From Candidatus Spongiisociaceae bacterium (GTDB taxonomy: Bacteria; Actinomycetota; Acidimicrobiia; Spongiisociales; Spongiisociaceae): a stretch of DNA of 64,000 nt. Below, piece by piece: positions 50,651 to 61,553 of this stretch (the first letter of the stretch is position 1; every line of letters begins with the position of its first letter). The notes under the pieces were generated by a model. It worked only from the letters and a program-made list of their open reading frames with translations, did no database searches and was not told where the DNA came from. The stretch covers positions 1,996,189 through 2,060,188 of the forward strand of contig OZ241841.1 of the NCBI GenBank assembly GCA_965202665.1, given 5' to 3'. The translations under genes were made by a program, and so were the position numbers.

Positions 50651-50684
50651 CCGGTCGGCCGATGTTTCATCCGGAGGCGGCGGG

Positions 50685-52007
50685 ATGCTGAGCGTTTACC
50701 GTTACATGTTCCAGATCCCCGATTTGCGGGGAAAGATTTTCTTCACGCTGGCCATCTTCGCCATTTACCGGTTCGGGGCGGCGGTTCCGGTGCCGGGGGT
50801 GGAGCTGGATCGCCTGGAACTGCTGGCCGGTCAAACGCAGGGGGGCGCGTTGGGCCTGCTCAACCTGTTTTCCGGCAACGCGTTGGAGAACCTGTCGGTG
50901 TTCAGCCTGGGGGTTATTCCCTACATAACCGCCTCCATCATCATGCAGTTGCTGACGGTGGTCATCCCCAAACTGCAGAAATTGCAGGAGGAGGGGCAGT
51001 CGGGGCGGGAGGTGATCACCAAATGGACCCGGATCGTGACCGTGGTGCTGGCCCTGCTCCAGTCCACCGGCCTCACTTTCCTGTTCAGCCGGGAGACCAG
51101 TTTCACCGGCGGGGTGGTGGTCATCCCCGACTACACCCCCACCCGGGTGATGATCATGGTTATCACGATGACCGCCGGCACCGCCTTTGTGATGTGGCTG
51201 GGCGAGCTGATTACGCAACGGGGGGTGGGCAACGGGATGTCGCTTTTGATTTTCATCAGCATCGTGGCCGCCCTCCCCAGCCAGTTTTCCCTTATCTGGC
51301 AGTACACGGTTCCCAACGGCCAGACGATTATTTTCGCGCTCATCCTGGTCCTGTTTTTGGCCATGACGGTGGGCATAATTTTCGTGGAGCAAGGGCAACG
51401 GCGAATACCCATCCAGTTCGCCAAACGCATCCGGGGGCGGCGGGTGATGGGCGGCCAAAGCACCTACATTCCGCTCAAAATCAACATGGCGGGGGTGATC
51501 CCGGTGATCTTCGCCACCTCCATTCTGTTTTTCCCGGTCATCCTGTCCACCTCCCTGCCCGCCGCGGGCGGTTTCTTCGCCGGCATGCGCGATTTCGTAA
51601 ACCGGCACCTGTCCCCGTCCGGCTTTGAAACCGGCGCCACCAGCTGGGCGTACATCGGGGTGCTCTTTTTCCTGATCGTGTTCTTCACCTACTTCTACAC
51701 TTCCATCCAGTTTGATCCGGTGCGGCAGTCGGAGATGATCCAGCGCCAAGGCGGGTTCATTCCCGGCCAGCGCCCCGGCCAGCAGACCTCCCGCTACCTG
51801 TCCCGCATCCTGTACCGCATCACCCTGCCCGGCTCCATTTTCCTGGGGCTGATTTCGGTGTTGCCCGCCATCGCCTCCGCCATCTGGGAGATCCCGGTCG
51901 GGTTCTCCGGTGTGTCCATCCTGATCGTGGTGGGGGTGGCTTTGGAGACGATGAAGCAGATCGAAAGCCAGATCACGATGCGCAACTACGAGGGGTTCCT
52001 GACTTGA
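50685..52007 (+). CDS. secY: preprotein translocase subunit SecY
   Basis: A 440-aa polytopic protein; ...GVIPYITASIIMQLL... Confidence 0.95.
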   Translation: MLSVYRYMFQIPDLRGKIFFTLAIFAIYRFGAAVPVPGVELDRLELLAGQTQGGALGLLNLFSGNALENLSVFSLGVIPYITASIIMQLLTVVIPKLQKLQEEGQSGREVITKWTRIVTVVLALLQSTGLTFLFSRETSFTGGVVVIPDYTPTRVMIMVITMTAGTAFVMWLGELITQRGVGNGMSLLIFISIVAALPSQFSLIWQYTVPNGQTIIFALILVLFLAMTVGIIFVEQGQRRIPIQFAKRIRGRRVMGGQSTYIPLKINMAGVIPVIFATSILFFPVILSTSLPAAGGFFAGMRDFVNRHLSPSGFETGATSWAYIGVLFFLIVFFTYFYTSIQFDPVRQSEMIQRQGGFIPGQRPGQQTSRYLSRILYRITLPGSIFLGLISVLPAIASAIWEIPVGFSGVSILIVVGVALETMKQIESQITMRNYEGFLT

Positions 52008-52018
52008 ACGTTCCCGGC

Positions 52019-52564
52019 ATGAGGTTGATCTTCCTGGGGGCCCCTGGGGCCGGCAAGGGCACCCAGGCGGAGCGCACCGCGGCCTCTTTGGGCGTCCCGC
52101 ACATTTCCACCGGCGATATTTTCCGCCGGAACATGGCCGACGGCACACCGCTGGGCCGGCGGGTGCGGGAAATCGTGGAAGGGGGGGGCCTGGTCCCCGA
52201 TGAGATCACCACGCAACTGGTCGTCGACCGGCTCGCCCAGCCGGACGCCCTCTCCGGTTTCATCCTGGACGGATTCCCCCGCACCCTGGGCCAGGCCCGC
52301 GCTTTGGAGGAGGCGCTGGGCGATGAGGAGTTGCGGGCGGTGGTGGCTTTGGAGGTACCCTCCGATGAGTTGGTGCGGCGCATGCTGGCCCGGGGCCGGG
52401 CCGACGACTCCGAGGAGTCCATCCGCCGCCGCTTGCGGGTGTACGCCGAGGAGACGGAGCCGTTGATCGGCTTTTACCGGGACCGCGGTCTTTTGGTCGG
52501 AGTGTCGGGGATGGGCGGGCTTGAGGAGATCGCCGACCGCATTTTGGCGGGCCTCGGCGTCTGA
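52019..52564 (+). CDS. adk: adenylate kinase
   Basis: MRLIFLGAPGAGKGTQA... The track start, TTG 52004, is a less likely alternative. Confidence 0.9.
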   Translation: MRLIFLGAPGAGKGTQAERTAASLGVPHISTGDIFRRNMADGTPLGRRVREIVEGGGLVPDEITTQLVVDRLAQPDALSGFILDGFPRTLGQARALEEALGDEELRAVVALEVPSDELVRRMLARGRADDSEESIRRRLRVYAEETEPLIGFYRDRGLLVGVSGMGGLEEIADRILAGLGV

Positions 52565-52594
52565 ATACGGGGCCGTCCGCAGGTCGTAAGTCCG

Positions 52595-53368
52595 ATGATC
52601 ACCATCAAAAACCGCTCCGAGTTCGCCAAGATGGCGGAGGCCGGGGCGTGCGTGGCGGCGGTGCATGAGGCGGTGGCGGAGGCGGCCGGGGCGGGAGTGT
52701 CCCTGGAATTCCTGGATCAGGTGGCGGCCAAAGTGATCCGCTCCCGCGGTTGCCGGCCTTCTTTTTTGGGCTACCGGGGTTTCCCCGCCAATATTTGCGC
52801 TTCTCCCAACCAGGTGGTGGTGCACGGCATCCCCAACGGTTATCGTTTGGCGGAGGGCGACGTGCTGTCCATCGACGCCGGGGCCGTCTACGAGGGCTAT
52901 CACGGGGACGCGGCCATCACCATCGGCATCGGGGAGATCTCCCCGGAGGCGGAGCGACTGTTGGAATACACCCGGCGGGCCCTGTGGGCGGGGATCGATC
53001 AGACGGTGGCCGGGGCCCGCACCGGCGACATCGGGCATGCGGTGGAGATGGTGGGCGACGCCCAAGGTTACGGGGTGGTGCGCAACTACGTGGGGCACGG
53101 CATCGGGCGGGCCATGCACGAAAGCCCCCAGGTTCCCAACTACGGCCCCCCCGGCAAAGGAGTGCGCCTGAGAACCGGGATGGCCATCTGCATCGAACCG
53201 ATGTTCAATCTGGGAACCGCGGAGACGGTTCTGCAGGAGGACGGCTGGACGGTGGTCACCGCCGACTCCCATATTTCCGCCCATTTTGAGCATACGGTGG
53301 CCTTGACCGAGGACGGCCCGCAGGTGTTCACCGTCAGCGATTTGCTTTCCGCCCGCCCGAATGGCTAG
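52595..53368 (+). CDS. map: type I methionine aminopeptidase
   Basis: ...VVHGIPN...DAGA.Y.GYHGD...GHG.G...HE... Confidence 0.95.
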   Translation: MITIKNRSEFAKMAEAGACVAAVHEAVAEAAGAGVSLEFLDQVAAKVIRSRGCRPSFLGYRGFPANICASPNQVVVHGIPNGYRLAEGDVLSIDAGAVYEGYHGDAAITIGIGEISPEAERLLEYTRRALWAGIDQTVAGARTGDIGHAVEMVGDAQGYGVVRNYVGHGIGRAMHESPQVPNYGPPGKGVRLRTGMAICIEPMFNLGTAETVLQEDGWTVVTADSHISAHFEHTVALTEDGPQVFTVSDLLSARPNG

Positions 53369-53515
53369 AATAATGATTCGGTCGCGGCGCCGGTCCCGGC
53401 GGGCCCGTTCGCGTCCGTTATGTTCGCGCAACCACAAGTTCCGCCTGGGCGGGAGCTTGTCCCGCCGCGGACAAAGTTAGCCGAAGACCAGCCGAACAAC
53501 CCGGGAGACGGGGAA

Positions 53516-53629
53516 ATGAAAGTAAAGCCGTCCACCAAAAAAATGTGCGACAACTGCCGGATAATCCGCCGCCGGGGGCGGGTGTGGGTGGTGTGCTCCA
53601 ATCCCCGTCACAAGCAACGACAAGGCTGA
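53516..53629 (+). CDS. rpmJ: 50S ribosomal protein L36
   Basis: [37 protein letters not shown]. It is internal to track ORF 53420..53629. Confidence 0.95.
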   Translation: MKVKPSTKKMCDNCRIIRRRGRVWVVCSNPRHKQRQG

Positions 53630-53679
53630 GCGCCGGGTTGCGCTAAGCGAATCTAGAAACAAAGGGCCCGAGAAACAAC

Positions 53680-54060
53680 ATGGCACGCATCGCAGGAGTC
53701 GACCTTCCCCGCGCCAAGCGGCTGGAGATCGGCCTGACCTACATTTACGGGATCGGAATTTCCACTTCCCGCCGCGTCTGTTCCGAGTTGCGCATCAACC
53801 CCGACACCAAAGTGCAGGAGCTGTCGGATGAGGAGGTGGCGGCCATCCGCTCCTACATCCAGGGCAACCTGCGGGTGGAAGGGGATCTGCGCCGCAACGT
53901 CAACCAGAACATCAAGCGCAAAATGGAGATCGGCTGTTATCAGGGACTGCGCCACCGACGGGGTTTGCCGGTGCGCGGCCAGCGCACCCACACCAACGCC
54001 CGCACCCGCAAAGGACGGAGCATCGCCATCGCCGGCAAGAAGAAGGTGGTTAAGAAGTAA
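53680..54060 (+). CDS. rpsM: 30S ribosomal protein S13
   Basis: [26 protein letters not shown]... Confidence 0.95.
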   Translation: MARIAGVDLPRAKRLEIGLTYIYGIGISTSRRVCSELRINPDTKVQELSDEEVAAIRSYIQGNLRVEGDLRRNVNQNIKRKMEIGCYQGLRHRRGLPVRGQRTHTNARTRKGRSIAIAGKKKVVKK

Positions 54061-54449
54061 TGGCCGCCGCCCGCAAACGGACCCGTCGTCGGGAGCGCCG
54101 CAACCTCACGCGCGGTGCCGCCCACATCAAAGCCAGTTTCAACAACACCATCATCACCATCACCGACGTGAGCGGCAACACGGTGGCGTGGACTTCGGGC
54201 GGTTCGGTGGGTTTCAAAGGTTCCCGCAAGTCCACGCCCTACGCGGCCCAGGTGGCGGCCGAGGAAGCCACCCGCCGGGCCAACGAACACGGCATCCGCA
54301 AACTGGAGGTGATCGTGAGCGGCACCGGGACCGGCAAGGACACCGCGGTGCGAACCATGCAGAACCTGGGGATGGAAGTGACGCAGGTGCGGGACGTGAC
54401 GCCCGTTCCCCACAACGGTTGCCGCCCCAAAAAGCGGCGCCGGGGCTAG
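54060..54449 (+). CDS. rpsK: 30S ribosomal protein S11
   Basis: ...[20 protein letters not shown]... Confidence 0.95.
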   Translation: MAAARKRTRRRERRNLTRGAAHIKASFNNTIITITDVSGNTVAWTSGGSVGFKGSRKSTPYAAQVAAEEATRRANEHGIRKLEVIVSGTGTGKDTAVRTMQNLGMEVTQVRDVTPVPHNGCRPKKRRRG

Positions 54450-54459
54450 GAGGCGGCAG

Positions 54460-55068
54460 ATGGCCCGTTACACCGGACCCCGCACCCGCCGCAGCCGGCG
54501 CGTCGGCCAGTTGCTCGATGACAACAAGGCCAAGTACTACGACCGCCGCCCCTACCCGCCGGGGGAGCACGGCCGGCGCCGCATTCGGGAAACCGACTAT
54601 CTGATCCAGATGCGGGAGAAGCAAAAGATGCGCCAGATCTACGGGGTGCTGGAGAAGCAGTTTCGCCGCTACTACCGGGAGGCGGCCCGCAGCAAGGGCA
54701 TCACCGGCGACACCCTGCTTCAGTTTTTGGAATGCCGGCTGGACAACGTGGTCTACCGGGCCGGGTTCGCCCGCACCCGCCCCCAGGCCCGGCAGATGGT
54801 CAACCACGGCCATTTCCGGGTGAACGACCGCAAAGTGGACATCCCCTCCTACCGGGTGCGGGCGGGGGATGTGGTGACGGTCAAAGACCGTTCCCGCGAC
54901 TCCATCGTCATCCGACAGGCTTTGGACACGTTGGGCGAACGTATCACTCCGGGTTGGCTGGAGGTCCAACCCGATGACCGCCAAATCACGGTGTCGCAGA
55001 TACCCAACCGTTCTCAGATCGACACCGAAGTCCAGGAGCAACTGGTGGTGGAGTTGTACTCCAAGTAG
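54460..55068 (+). CDS. rpsD: 30S ribosomal protein S4
   Basis: MARYTGPRTRRSRR.G... Confidence 0.95.
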   Translation: MARYTGPRTRRSRRVGQLLDDNKAKYYDRRPYPPGEHGRRRIRETDYLIQMREKQKMRQIYGVLEKQFRRYYREAARSKGITGDTLLQFLECRLDNVVYRAGFARTRPQARQMVNHGHFRVNDRKVDIPSYRVRAGDVVTVKDRSRDSIVIRQALDTLGERITPGWLEVQPDDRQITVSQIPNRSQIDTEVQEQLVVELYSK

Positions 55069-55148
55069 CGCCGGCGCACGGGCGGGTCCCAAGCCGCCGG
55101 GCGGGGGAAGTTTGACAAATAAGCCAAGCAGGAGAGGCTGTAACACAA

Positions 55149-56111
55149 GTGCAAGCTTTGATAGTTCAACGTCCTGAAATTCAGTTCCGGTCGGTAACCC
55201 CGACGCGGGCGCAGTTCGTAGTGGAGCCGTTGGAGCCCGGGTTCGGGCACACTTTGGGCAACACGATGCGGCGCACTTTGCTGTCCCGTATTCCGGGGGC
55301 GGCGGTTTCCAGCGTCCGCATCGAGAAGGCCCCTCACGAGTTCACCACCGTTCCCGGGGTGGAGGAGGACGTGGTGGACATCGTGCTCAACATCAAAGGA
55401 TTGATAGTGCGCATGCTGGACCCGGAGCCGCAGGTGCTTACCTTGTCGGTGAAGGGCCCGGGCCGGGCCACCGCCGCCGACTTGAAAATTCCCAGCGGGG
55501 TGGAGGTGGTCAACCCCGACCTGCACATAGCCGCTTTGTCGGAGGGGGGCGTGTTGCAGATGGAACTGACCGTGGAGCAGGGGGTGGGATACCGGAGCGC
55601 CGAGAAAAACAAGCATTCCGATGTGATAGGGGTCATACCGGTGGATTCCATTTTTTCCCCGGTGCGGCATGTGGCTTTCCGGGTGGAACCCACCCAGGTG
55701 GGGCAGATGACCAACTTCGACCAGTTGGTGGTGGATGTGGAAACTGATGGTTCCATCGCCCCCCAGGAGGCGGTTTCCTCGGCGGGGAAGACCTTGCGGG
55801 AGTTGCTGGGCCTGTTCGCCGACGCCGGGGAGGGGATCGGTTTGGAGTTGGGCGACGTCCCGATAGCCGATGCGGTCGCCTCCGACTTGGATTTGGAAAT
55901 CGACGTGCTGGACCTGTCGGAGCGCCCCCGCAACTGCCTGCGCCGGGCCCACATCAACACGGTGGGCGATTTGGTGCGCTCCACCGAGAAGGATCTGCTG
56001 GCCATCACCAACTTCGGTCATAAGAGCCTGGAGGAGGTGATAGCCAAGTTGGACAGCCTCGGTTTGAGCATCGCCGCCCCCGAAGATGAGGAGGAGGAGG
56101 TTTCGGACTGA
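55149..56111 (+). CDS. rpoA: DNA-directed RNA polymerase subunit alpha
   Basis: The start is GTG. ...[29 protein letters not shown]... Confidence 0.95.
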   Translation: MQALIVQRPEIQFRSVTPTRAQFVVEPLEPGFGHTLGNTMRRTLLSRIPGAAVSSVRIEKAPHEFTTVPGVEEDVVDIVLNIKGLIVRMLDPEPQVLTLSVKGPGRATAADLKIPSGVEVVNPDLHIAALSEGGVLQMELTVEQGVGYRSAEKNKHSDVIGVIPVDSIFSPVRHVAFRVEPTQVGQMTNFDQLVVDVETDGSIAPQEAVSSAGKTLRELLGLFADAGEGIGLELGDVPIADAVASDLDLEIDVLDLSERPRNCLRRAHINTVGDLVRSTEKDLLAITNFGHKSLEEVIAKLDSLGLSIAAPEDEEEEVSD

Positions 56112-56461
56112 TGCCCCGTCCCCGCAAAGGCCGCCGCCTGGGGGGAGGCCCCGCCCATCAGAAGGCCATCCTGTCCAATTTGGCCCAGTCGCTGATTTGG
56201 GACGGGCGGATCACCACCACCCTCACCAAGGCCAAAGTGTTGCGCCCCTACGTGGAGAAGGTGATCACCAAAGCCCGCAAAGGCGGTTTGCATAACAGGC
56301 GCTTGGTGCTGGCCGACCTGCCCGACTTGGAGGTGGTCACCAAACTGTTCGACGAGGTGGGCCCACGCTACCGGGGGAGGCCGGGCGGTTACACCCGCAT
56401 CGTCAAAATCGGCCCCCGCCGGGGCGACAACGCCGAGATGGCCGTAATAGAACTAGTCTGA
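56111..56461 (+). CDS. rplQ: 50S ribosomal protein L17
   Basis: [25 protein letters not shown]... Confidence 0.95.
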   Translation: MPRPRKGRRLGGGPAHQKAILSNLAQSLIWDGRITTTLTKAKVLRPYVEKVITKARKGGLHNRRLVLADLPDLEVVTKLFDEVGPRYRGRPGGYTRIVKIGPRRGDNAEMAVIELV

Positions 56462-56550
56462 CCCCCGGCGCCGTCCTTCGCATTCTATTAACGCAACAGG
56501 ATGATACGATAGGCGGCAACGGACGACGCATAATGACAGAGGCGGGGTAA

Positions 56551-57045
56551 GTGTTTAGCCAGTTGGTTCGGGCGGGCCGTCTGGACCGGAGCTTTTTCAC
56601 ATCGCTGGTGTTCGAGGAGCGGGCGGTGGGCAACGCAGTGGCCATTATGGCCGGGCTGGGAATAATTATGTTCGCCCGCCTTTCGGTGTTTTCCATCGTT
56701 TACGCCGCCTTGTACGGGATGTTGCGGGGCCTCATTTCGGCTGGTTTTTTATGGGTGGCGGCCGCTCTGGTTTTCAGACGGTCGGGCCGGTTTCTGACCA
56801 CCTTCCGTCTGGCCGGGTTCGCCCACGTCGGGTTCGCCCCGGCGGTGGTGGTTTCGTTCGTACCGGGGTCCGTTCCGGGGGCGGTGTGGCTGTCCCTGGC
56901 GGCCCTGCTGGTTTCTTTGGCCTGGTACGGGGCGGCGATGAGCGTGGCCGCCGAGGCCCAGTTCGACCTGATCGGCGGTCGGGCCTGGCTGTGCGGGGCG
57001 GCGGCCGCAGTCGGATGGCTGATAGCCCGGCAGCTCGGCATATAA
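56551..57045 (+). CDS. hypothetical integral membrane protein (Yip1-like, ~5 TM)
   Basis: The GTG start follows GAGGCGGGG. The translation is hydrophobic with C/G-rich third positions. No specific family was recognised with certainty. Confidence 0.55.
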   Translation: MFSQLVRAGRLDRSFFTSLVFEERAVGNAVAIMAGLGIIMFARLSVFSIVYAALYGMLRGLISAGFLWVAAALVFRRSGRFLTTFRLAGFAHVGFAPAVVVSFVPGSVPGAVWLSLAALLVSLAWYGAAMSVAAEAQFDLIGGRAWLCGAAAAVGWLIARQLGI

Positions 57046-57052
57046 GTTTCTC

Positions 57053-57814
57053 ATGGCCGATCCGCCCATTGTTTTCCGACTGGATTTGTCGTACGACGGG
57101 GAGGGTTTTCACGGTTACGCCCGCCAGCCGGACCTGCGCACCGTGCAGGGCGAGTTGGAGCAGGCCTTAGCCCGCGTTCTGGGCGGAATAGGTTTCGAGA
57201 CCGAGGCGGCGGGGCGCACCGATGCCGGGGTGCACGCCCGTCAGCAGGTGGTGGGAGTGGTGTTGGAGGCGGGTGCTGGGGATCCGCCCGCCGCGGGCCG
57301 CCTGGCCGGGTCGCTGAGCAAGATACTGGCTCCGGAGATTGCCGTGTTCCGGGCGGTGCGGGCCCCCGCCGGATTTTCGGCCCGCTTCGACGCGGTGCGC
57401 CGCACCTACCGCTACCGCATCCTGAACCGGGAGTTCCCCGACCCGCTCCGCCGCCGTATCGCGTGGCATGTCAAACACCCGTTGGATGTGGAGGGAATGA
57501 ACCGGGCGGTGGGGCATCTGCGGGGCGAGCACGACTTCGCCTCCTTCTGCCGCCGGGCGGAGGGCCGTTCCACCGTGCGCACGGTGGAGAGGGCGGTGTG
57601 GAGTTCCCGCCCCGACGACATGCTCCGTTTCGAGATTTCCGCCTCCGCTTTCTGCCATCAGATGGTGCGTTCCATCACCGCCTGGTCGGTGGAGGTAGGC
57701 CGCGGCCGCCGCTCCCCGGAGGAAACCCCGTCCGTCCTAGCGGCCCAAGACCGGGCCGCCGCCGCCGGAGCCGCCCCGCCCCACGGCCTAACCCTCTGGC
57801 AAGTGGACTACTGA
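57053..57814 (+). CDS. truA: tRNA pseudouridine(38-40) synthase
   Basis: ...YDGEGFHGYARQP...RTDAGVHARQQVV... The position after rplQ is the conserved one. Confidence 0.9.
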   Translation: MADPPIVFRLDLSYDGEGFHGYARQPDLRTVQGELEQALARVLGGIGFETEAAGRTDAGVHARQQVVGVVLEAGAGDPPAAGRLAGSLSKILAPEIAVFRAVRAPAGFSARFDAVRRTYRYRILNREFPDPLRRRIAWHVKHPLDVEGMNRAVGHLRGEHDFASFCRRAEGRSTVRTVERAVWSSRPDDMLRFEISASAFCHQMVRSITAWSVEVGRGRRSPEETPSVLAAQDRAAAAGAAPPHGLTLWQVDY

Positions 57815-57853
57815 GTTCATATACGCACTGTATTCGGCTAAGCGTTGGCTTAA

Positions 57854-59836
57854 TCAAGGGTTGAGGACTGCTAGGAGTTGGTTGGCTTCTACTTGGTCGC
57901 CGGGGGTTATGTTGACCGAGGCCACCACCCCGGAGCGGGGGGCGGAGATGGTGTGTTCCATTTTCATCGCCTCCAGCACCACCAGCGGTTCTCCGGCTTC
58001 CACCTGTTGGCCGGCCGTCGCTTCCACCCGCAGGATTTTGCCGGGCATCGGAGAATGCAACGACCCGGTTTCGGCCTCCGCTTCCGCCACCGGCAGGCGG
58101 GGAAGCAGGGTCAAAGTCGCATCCGCTACGGCGGTATCCACGAACCGGCGGTCGCCCGCCCGGGCTACCTGAAAAATGCGGTCCACTCCCCGCCAACGCA
58201 GGCGCACCCGGTCGGGGGCGGCCTCCAACAGCTCCGCTTGCGGACGGGCCTCCCCGTCTATTTCCACCGTCGCCCCGTCCTCCCTCATCCGGTAGCCCAC
58301 TTTTATTTCCCGCTCCCCGAACCGGTACCGGTCGTAGATCAACTGGGAGGGGTTGTTGCGGTAGCCGGAGGGGACGGCGGCCAGTACCTTGGCCTGCGCC
58401 CTCCGCTCCGCTTGGCCCGCTAAAGAAGCCGCCGCGGCCATCGCCTCCAAATCCTCCCCTTCGGCCAGCGGCGCCCCCAGCCGGGCCGCGTCCTGGCGGT
58501 CCAGCCAGCCGGTGTCCGCCCGTCCCGCCGCAAAATCCTCGTGTTCCAAGATGCGCGCCAACAGTTCCCGGTTGGTGATCAGGCCGTGGATGCGGGCCGC
58601 CCGCAAGCCCGATGCCAACTTGCGGGCCGCCCCCGCCCGATCCTCCGCCCAAGAAATCGCTTTGGCCACCAGCGGATCGTAGAAAACGGAGATCTGCGAA
58701 CCCGACTCCGGTCCGGCGTCCACCCGCAGGCCCTCCGGAAACTCCAGACGATGCAGGGTTCCGGTCTGGGGCAGGAAACCCCGGGCCGGGTCCTCGGCGT
58801 ACAACCGGGCTTCGATGGCGTGCCCCCGCATCCCCCGCCGCCGCGCCGACTCCAACACCGGGGACAGGTCGGCCCCCTCCGCCGACCGGATCTGCAGCTC
58901 AACCAAGTCCAGGCCGGTCACCGCCTCGGTCACCGGATGCTCCACCTGCAGGCGGGCGTTCATTTCCAAAAACCAGAACGACCCGTCCTCTTCAACCAGG
59001 AACTCCGCCGTTCCCGCCCCCTCGTAGGACGCCGCCCGGGCCAGCGCAACCGCCGCCGCCCCCAGCCGTTCCCGCAGGTCGTCGTTCACCGCCGGGGAAG
59101 GGGCTTCTTCTATCACCTTCTGATAACGCCGTTGCACCGAACATTCCCGTTCAAACAGGAAACCGACGTTCCCGCGCCGGTCGGCCATCACCTGCACCTC
59201 GATGTGGCGGGGCCGCTCCAGGAACCGCTCCAGCAGAAGCGCCCCGTCCCCGAAAGCCGAAACCGCTTCCCGGCCCGCCGCCCGCGTCGCCTCCTCCAGT
59301 TCCCCCGCCTCCCGCACGATGCGCATGCCTTTCCCGCCGCCCCCCGCCGAAGCTTTCACCAGCAACGGAAACCCGACCTCCTCCGCCGCCTCCCGCAGGC
59401 CGGTCCCGTCCGCCGCCGCCCTCGCCGCCAGAACCGGAACCCCCGCCCCGGCCGCGATGGCCTTCGCCTCCGCCTTGGAACCCATCGCCCGCATCGCTTC
59501 CGTCGGGGGTCCGATGAAAATCAGCCCCGCTTCCCGGCAGGCGGCGGCGAAGTCGGCGTTTTCCGCCAGGAACCCGTATCCGGGATGGACGGCGTCCGCC
59601 CCCGCCGCCCGCGCCGCCGCCACCGTCTTGCTGATGTCCAAGTAGGAGGCGGAAGGTTCCGAACCCCCCAGATGAACCGCCGCCGACGCCTCCCGCGCGA
59701 ACGGCTCATCCGCGTCCGCATCCGAATAGACGGCCGCCGCGTCTATTCCCAGGCGGCGGCAGGTGCGGAACACCCGGCGGGCGATCTCCCCCCGGTTGGC
59801 GACCAGTATTCGGCGTATCGTTGCCTTCCCGTTCAT
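57854..59836 (-). CDS. acyl-CoA (acetyl/propionyl/methylcrotonyl) carboxylase alpha subunit: biotin carboxylase plus biotinyl domain
   Basis: The true start is ATG 59836..59834, after GGGGAG. ILVANRGEIARRV..., and the C-terminal EAMKMEH is the biotin attachment motif. Confidence 0.9.
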   Translation of the reverse strand: MNGKATIRRILVANRGEIARRVFRTCRRLGIDAAAVYSDADADEPFAREASAAVHLGGSEPSASYLDISKTVAAARAAGADAVHPGYGFLAENADFAAACREAGLIFIGPPTEAMRAMGSKAEAKAIAAGAGVPVLAARAAADGTGLREAAEEVGFPLLVKASAGGGGKGMRIVREAGELEEATRAAGREAVSAFGDGALLLERFLERPRHIEVQVMADRRGNVGFLFERECSVQRRYQKVIEEAPSPAVNDDLRERLGAAAVALARAASYEGAGTAEFLVEEDGSFWFLEMNARLQVEHPVTEAVTGLDLVELQIRSAEGADLSPVLESARRRGMRGHAIEARLYAEDPARGFLPQTGTLHRLEFPEGLRVDAGPESGSQISVFYDPLVAKAISWAEDRAGAARKLASGLRAARIHGLITNRELLARILEHEDFAAGRADTGWLDRQDAARLGAPLAEGEDLEAMAAAASLAGQAERRAQAKVLAAVPSGYRNNPSQLIYDRYRFGEREIKVGYRMREDGATVEIDGEARPQAELLEAAPDRVRLRWRGVDRIFQVARAGDRRFVDTAVADATLTLLPRLPVAEAEAETGSLHSPMPGKILRVEATAGQQVEAGEPLVVLEAMKMEHTISAPRSGVVASVNITPGDQVEANQLLAVLNP

Positions 59837-59846
59837 GCCGCTCCCC

Positions 59847-61466
59847 TCACATCCGGAACACGCCGAAATGGCCGGTTCCCGCCACCTCGCCGGAGTGGAC
59901 GGCCGACAGGGCGATGCCCAGCACGGTGCGGGTGTGGCGGGGGTCGATGAGGCCGTCGTCCCGCACCCGGGCCGTGGAGTAATAGGGACTTGACTCTTCT
60001 TCAATCTGCTGTTCGATGGCTTCCCGCCGGGTCGCCGCCTGCTCCTCGTCGTATTCCGCGCCTTTGGCCTCCGCCGCGTTGCGGGCCACGATGTCCAGCA
60101 CCCCCGCCAACTGCTCCGGCCCCATCACCGCTATTTTGTGGCTGGGCCAGGAGAACACGAACCGGGGGTCGTAGGCGCGCCCGGCCATCCCGTAGTTGCC
60201 CGCCCCGTAGGAGGCCCCCGCCATGAGGGTTATGTGGGGCACGGCGGAGTTGGTGACCGCGTTGATCATCTTCGCCCCGTCTTTGATGATCCCCCGCCGT
60301 TCGTATTCCCTCCCCACCATGTAGCCGGTGGTGTTTTGGATGAACAGGATGGGGATGTCGTGCATGTTGCACAGGGAGATGAACTCGGTGGCTTTCTGCG
60401 CCTCCTCGGAGAACAGGACCCCTTGCTGGTTGGCGATTATTCCCAGAGGGAAGCCGTGCAGCGACCCCCAGCCGGTGACCAGCGACCGCCCGTACAGCTG
60501 CTTGTATTCGCCGAAGCGGGAGCCGTCCGCCAGCCGGGCGATCACCGCCCGCATGTCGAACGGGATGCGCAGGTCGGCGGAGGCTATCCCCAGCAGGTCC
60601 TCCGCCGGATGCAACGGGTCGTCCGCCTCCCAGACGGGCCCGTAGCCCAGCTTTTTCCACTTCAAATGGGCCATGATCATCCGCCCGATGCGCAGGCAGT
60701 CGTATTCGTCGGCCGCCAGGTAGTCGGACAGGCCGGACACCGCGGAATGCATTTCCGCCCCGCCCAGTTCCTCGTCGGTGCTGTCCTCCCCGGTGGCCAT
60801 TTTCACCAGCGGCGGGCCTCCCAGAAACACTTTGGCCCGTTCTTTGATCATCACCGAATAGTCGGCCATCCCCGGCACGTAGGCCCCGCCCGCGGTGGAG
60901 GAGCCGAACACCAGGGCGATGTTGGGAATGCCCGCCCGGGACATCCGGGTCTGGTTGCGGAACCATTTTCCGCCTTCCACGAACACTTCCGCCTGGGTGG
61001 GCAGGTCCGCCCCGCCCGACTCCACCAGGCTGATGAGGGGCAGGCGGTTCTGAAAGGCGATTTCCTGGGCGCGCAAGGTTTTGCGGGTGGTGAAAGGGTT
61101 CATGGACCCTCCCCGGGAGGTGGGGTCGTGGCCCAGCAAAACGCATTCCACTCCCGACACCGCCCCAATTCCGGTAACCGCGTTGCCCCCGGTGGGAAAG
61201 CCGGTTCCCGCCGCCGCCAGCGGGGACAGTTCCAGAAAAGGGGAGTCTTGGTCGAGGAGCAGTTCGATCCGTTCCCGCACCAGCAGTTTGCCCCGTCGCC
61301 GGTGCCGCTCGATGTAGCGGGGGCCGCCTCCGGCCCGGGAGTCCGCCAGGCGGGATTCCAGCTCCGCCAAACGTTCCAGCATCGCCTCCCGGTTGCGTTG
61401 GAAAAGCGGCTGGCCGGGGTCCGCCCCGGAGGGGAGAACCGGCAATTCGGCGGAGGAGGGGATCAC
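59847..61466 (-). CDS. acyl-CoA carboxylase carboxyltransferase (beta) subunit, MccB/AccD1-like
   Basis: ...RHRRRGKLLVRERIELLLD.DSPFLELS... The start is uncertain. GTG 61466 was chosen so as not to overlap the divergent gene. The track ATG 61565 is an alternative. Confidence 0.8.
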   Translation of the reverse strand: MIPSSAELPVLPSGADPGQPLFQRNREAMLERLAELESRLADSRAGGGPRYIERHRRRGKLLVRERIELLLDQDSPFLELSPLAAAGTGFPTGGNAVTGIGAVSGVECVLLGHDPTSRGGSMNPFTTRKTLRAQEIAFQNRLPLISLVESGGADLPTQAEVFVEGGKWFRNQTRMSRAGIPNIALVFGSSTAGGAYVPGMADYSVMIKERAKVFLGGPPLVKMATGEDSTDEELGGAEMHSAVSGLSDYLAADEYDCLRIGRMIMAHLKWKKLGYGPVWEADDPLHPAEDLLGIASADLRIPFDMRAVIARLADGSRFGEYKQLYGRSLVTGWGSLHGFPLGIIANQQGVLFSEEAQKATEFISLCNMHDIPILFIQNTTGYMVGREYERRGIIKDGAKMINAVTNSAVPHITLMAGASYGAGNYGMAGRAYDPRFVFSWPSHKIAVMGPEQLAGVLDIVARNAAEAKGAEYDEEQAATRREAIEQQIEEESSPYYSTARVRDDGLIDPRHTRTVLGIALSAVHSGEVAGTGHFGVFRM

Positions 61467-61553
61467 AAACCCGGATAATAGTTGCCCGCCGCGGCGGGCG
61501 GGCGGGGGCGCGGTTCCGCTATTGTGTGGCCAGTCGGACAGGCAGGAGAAGGT

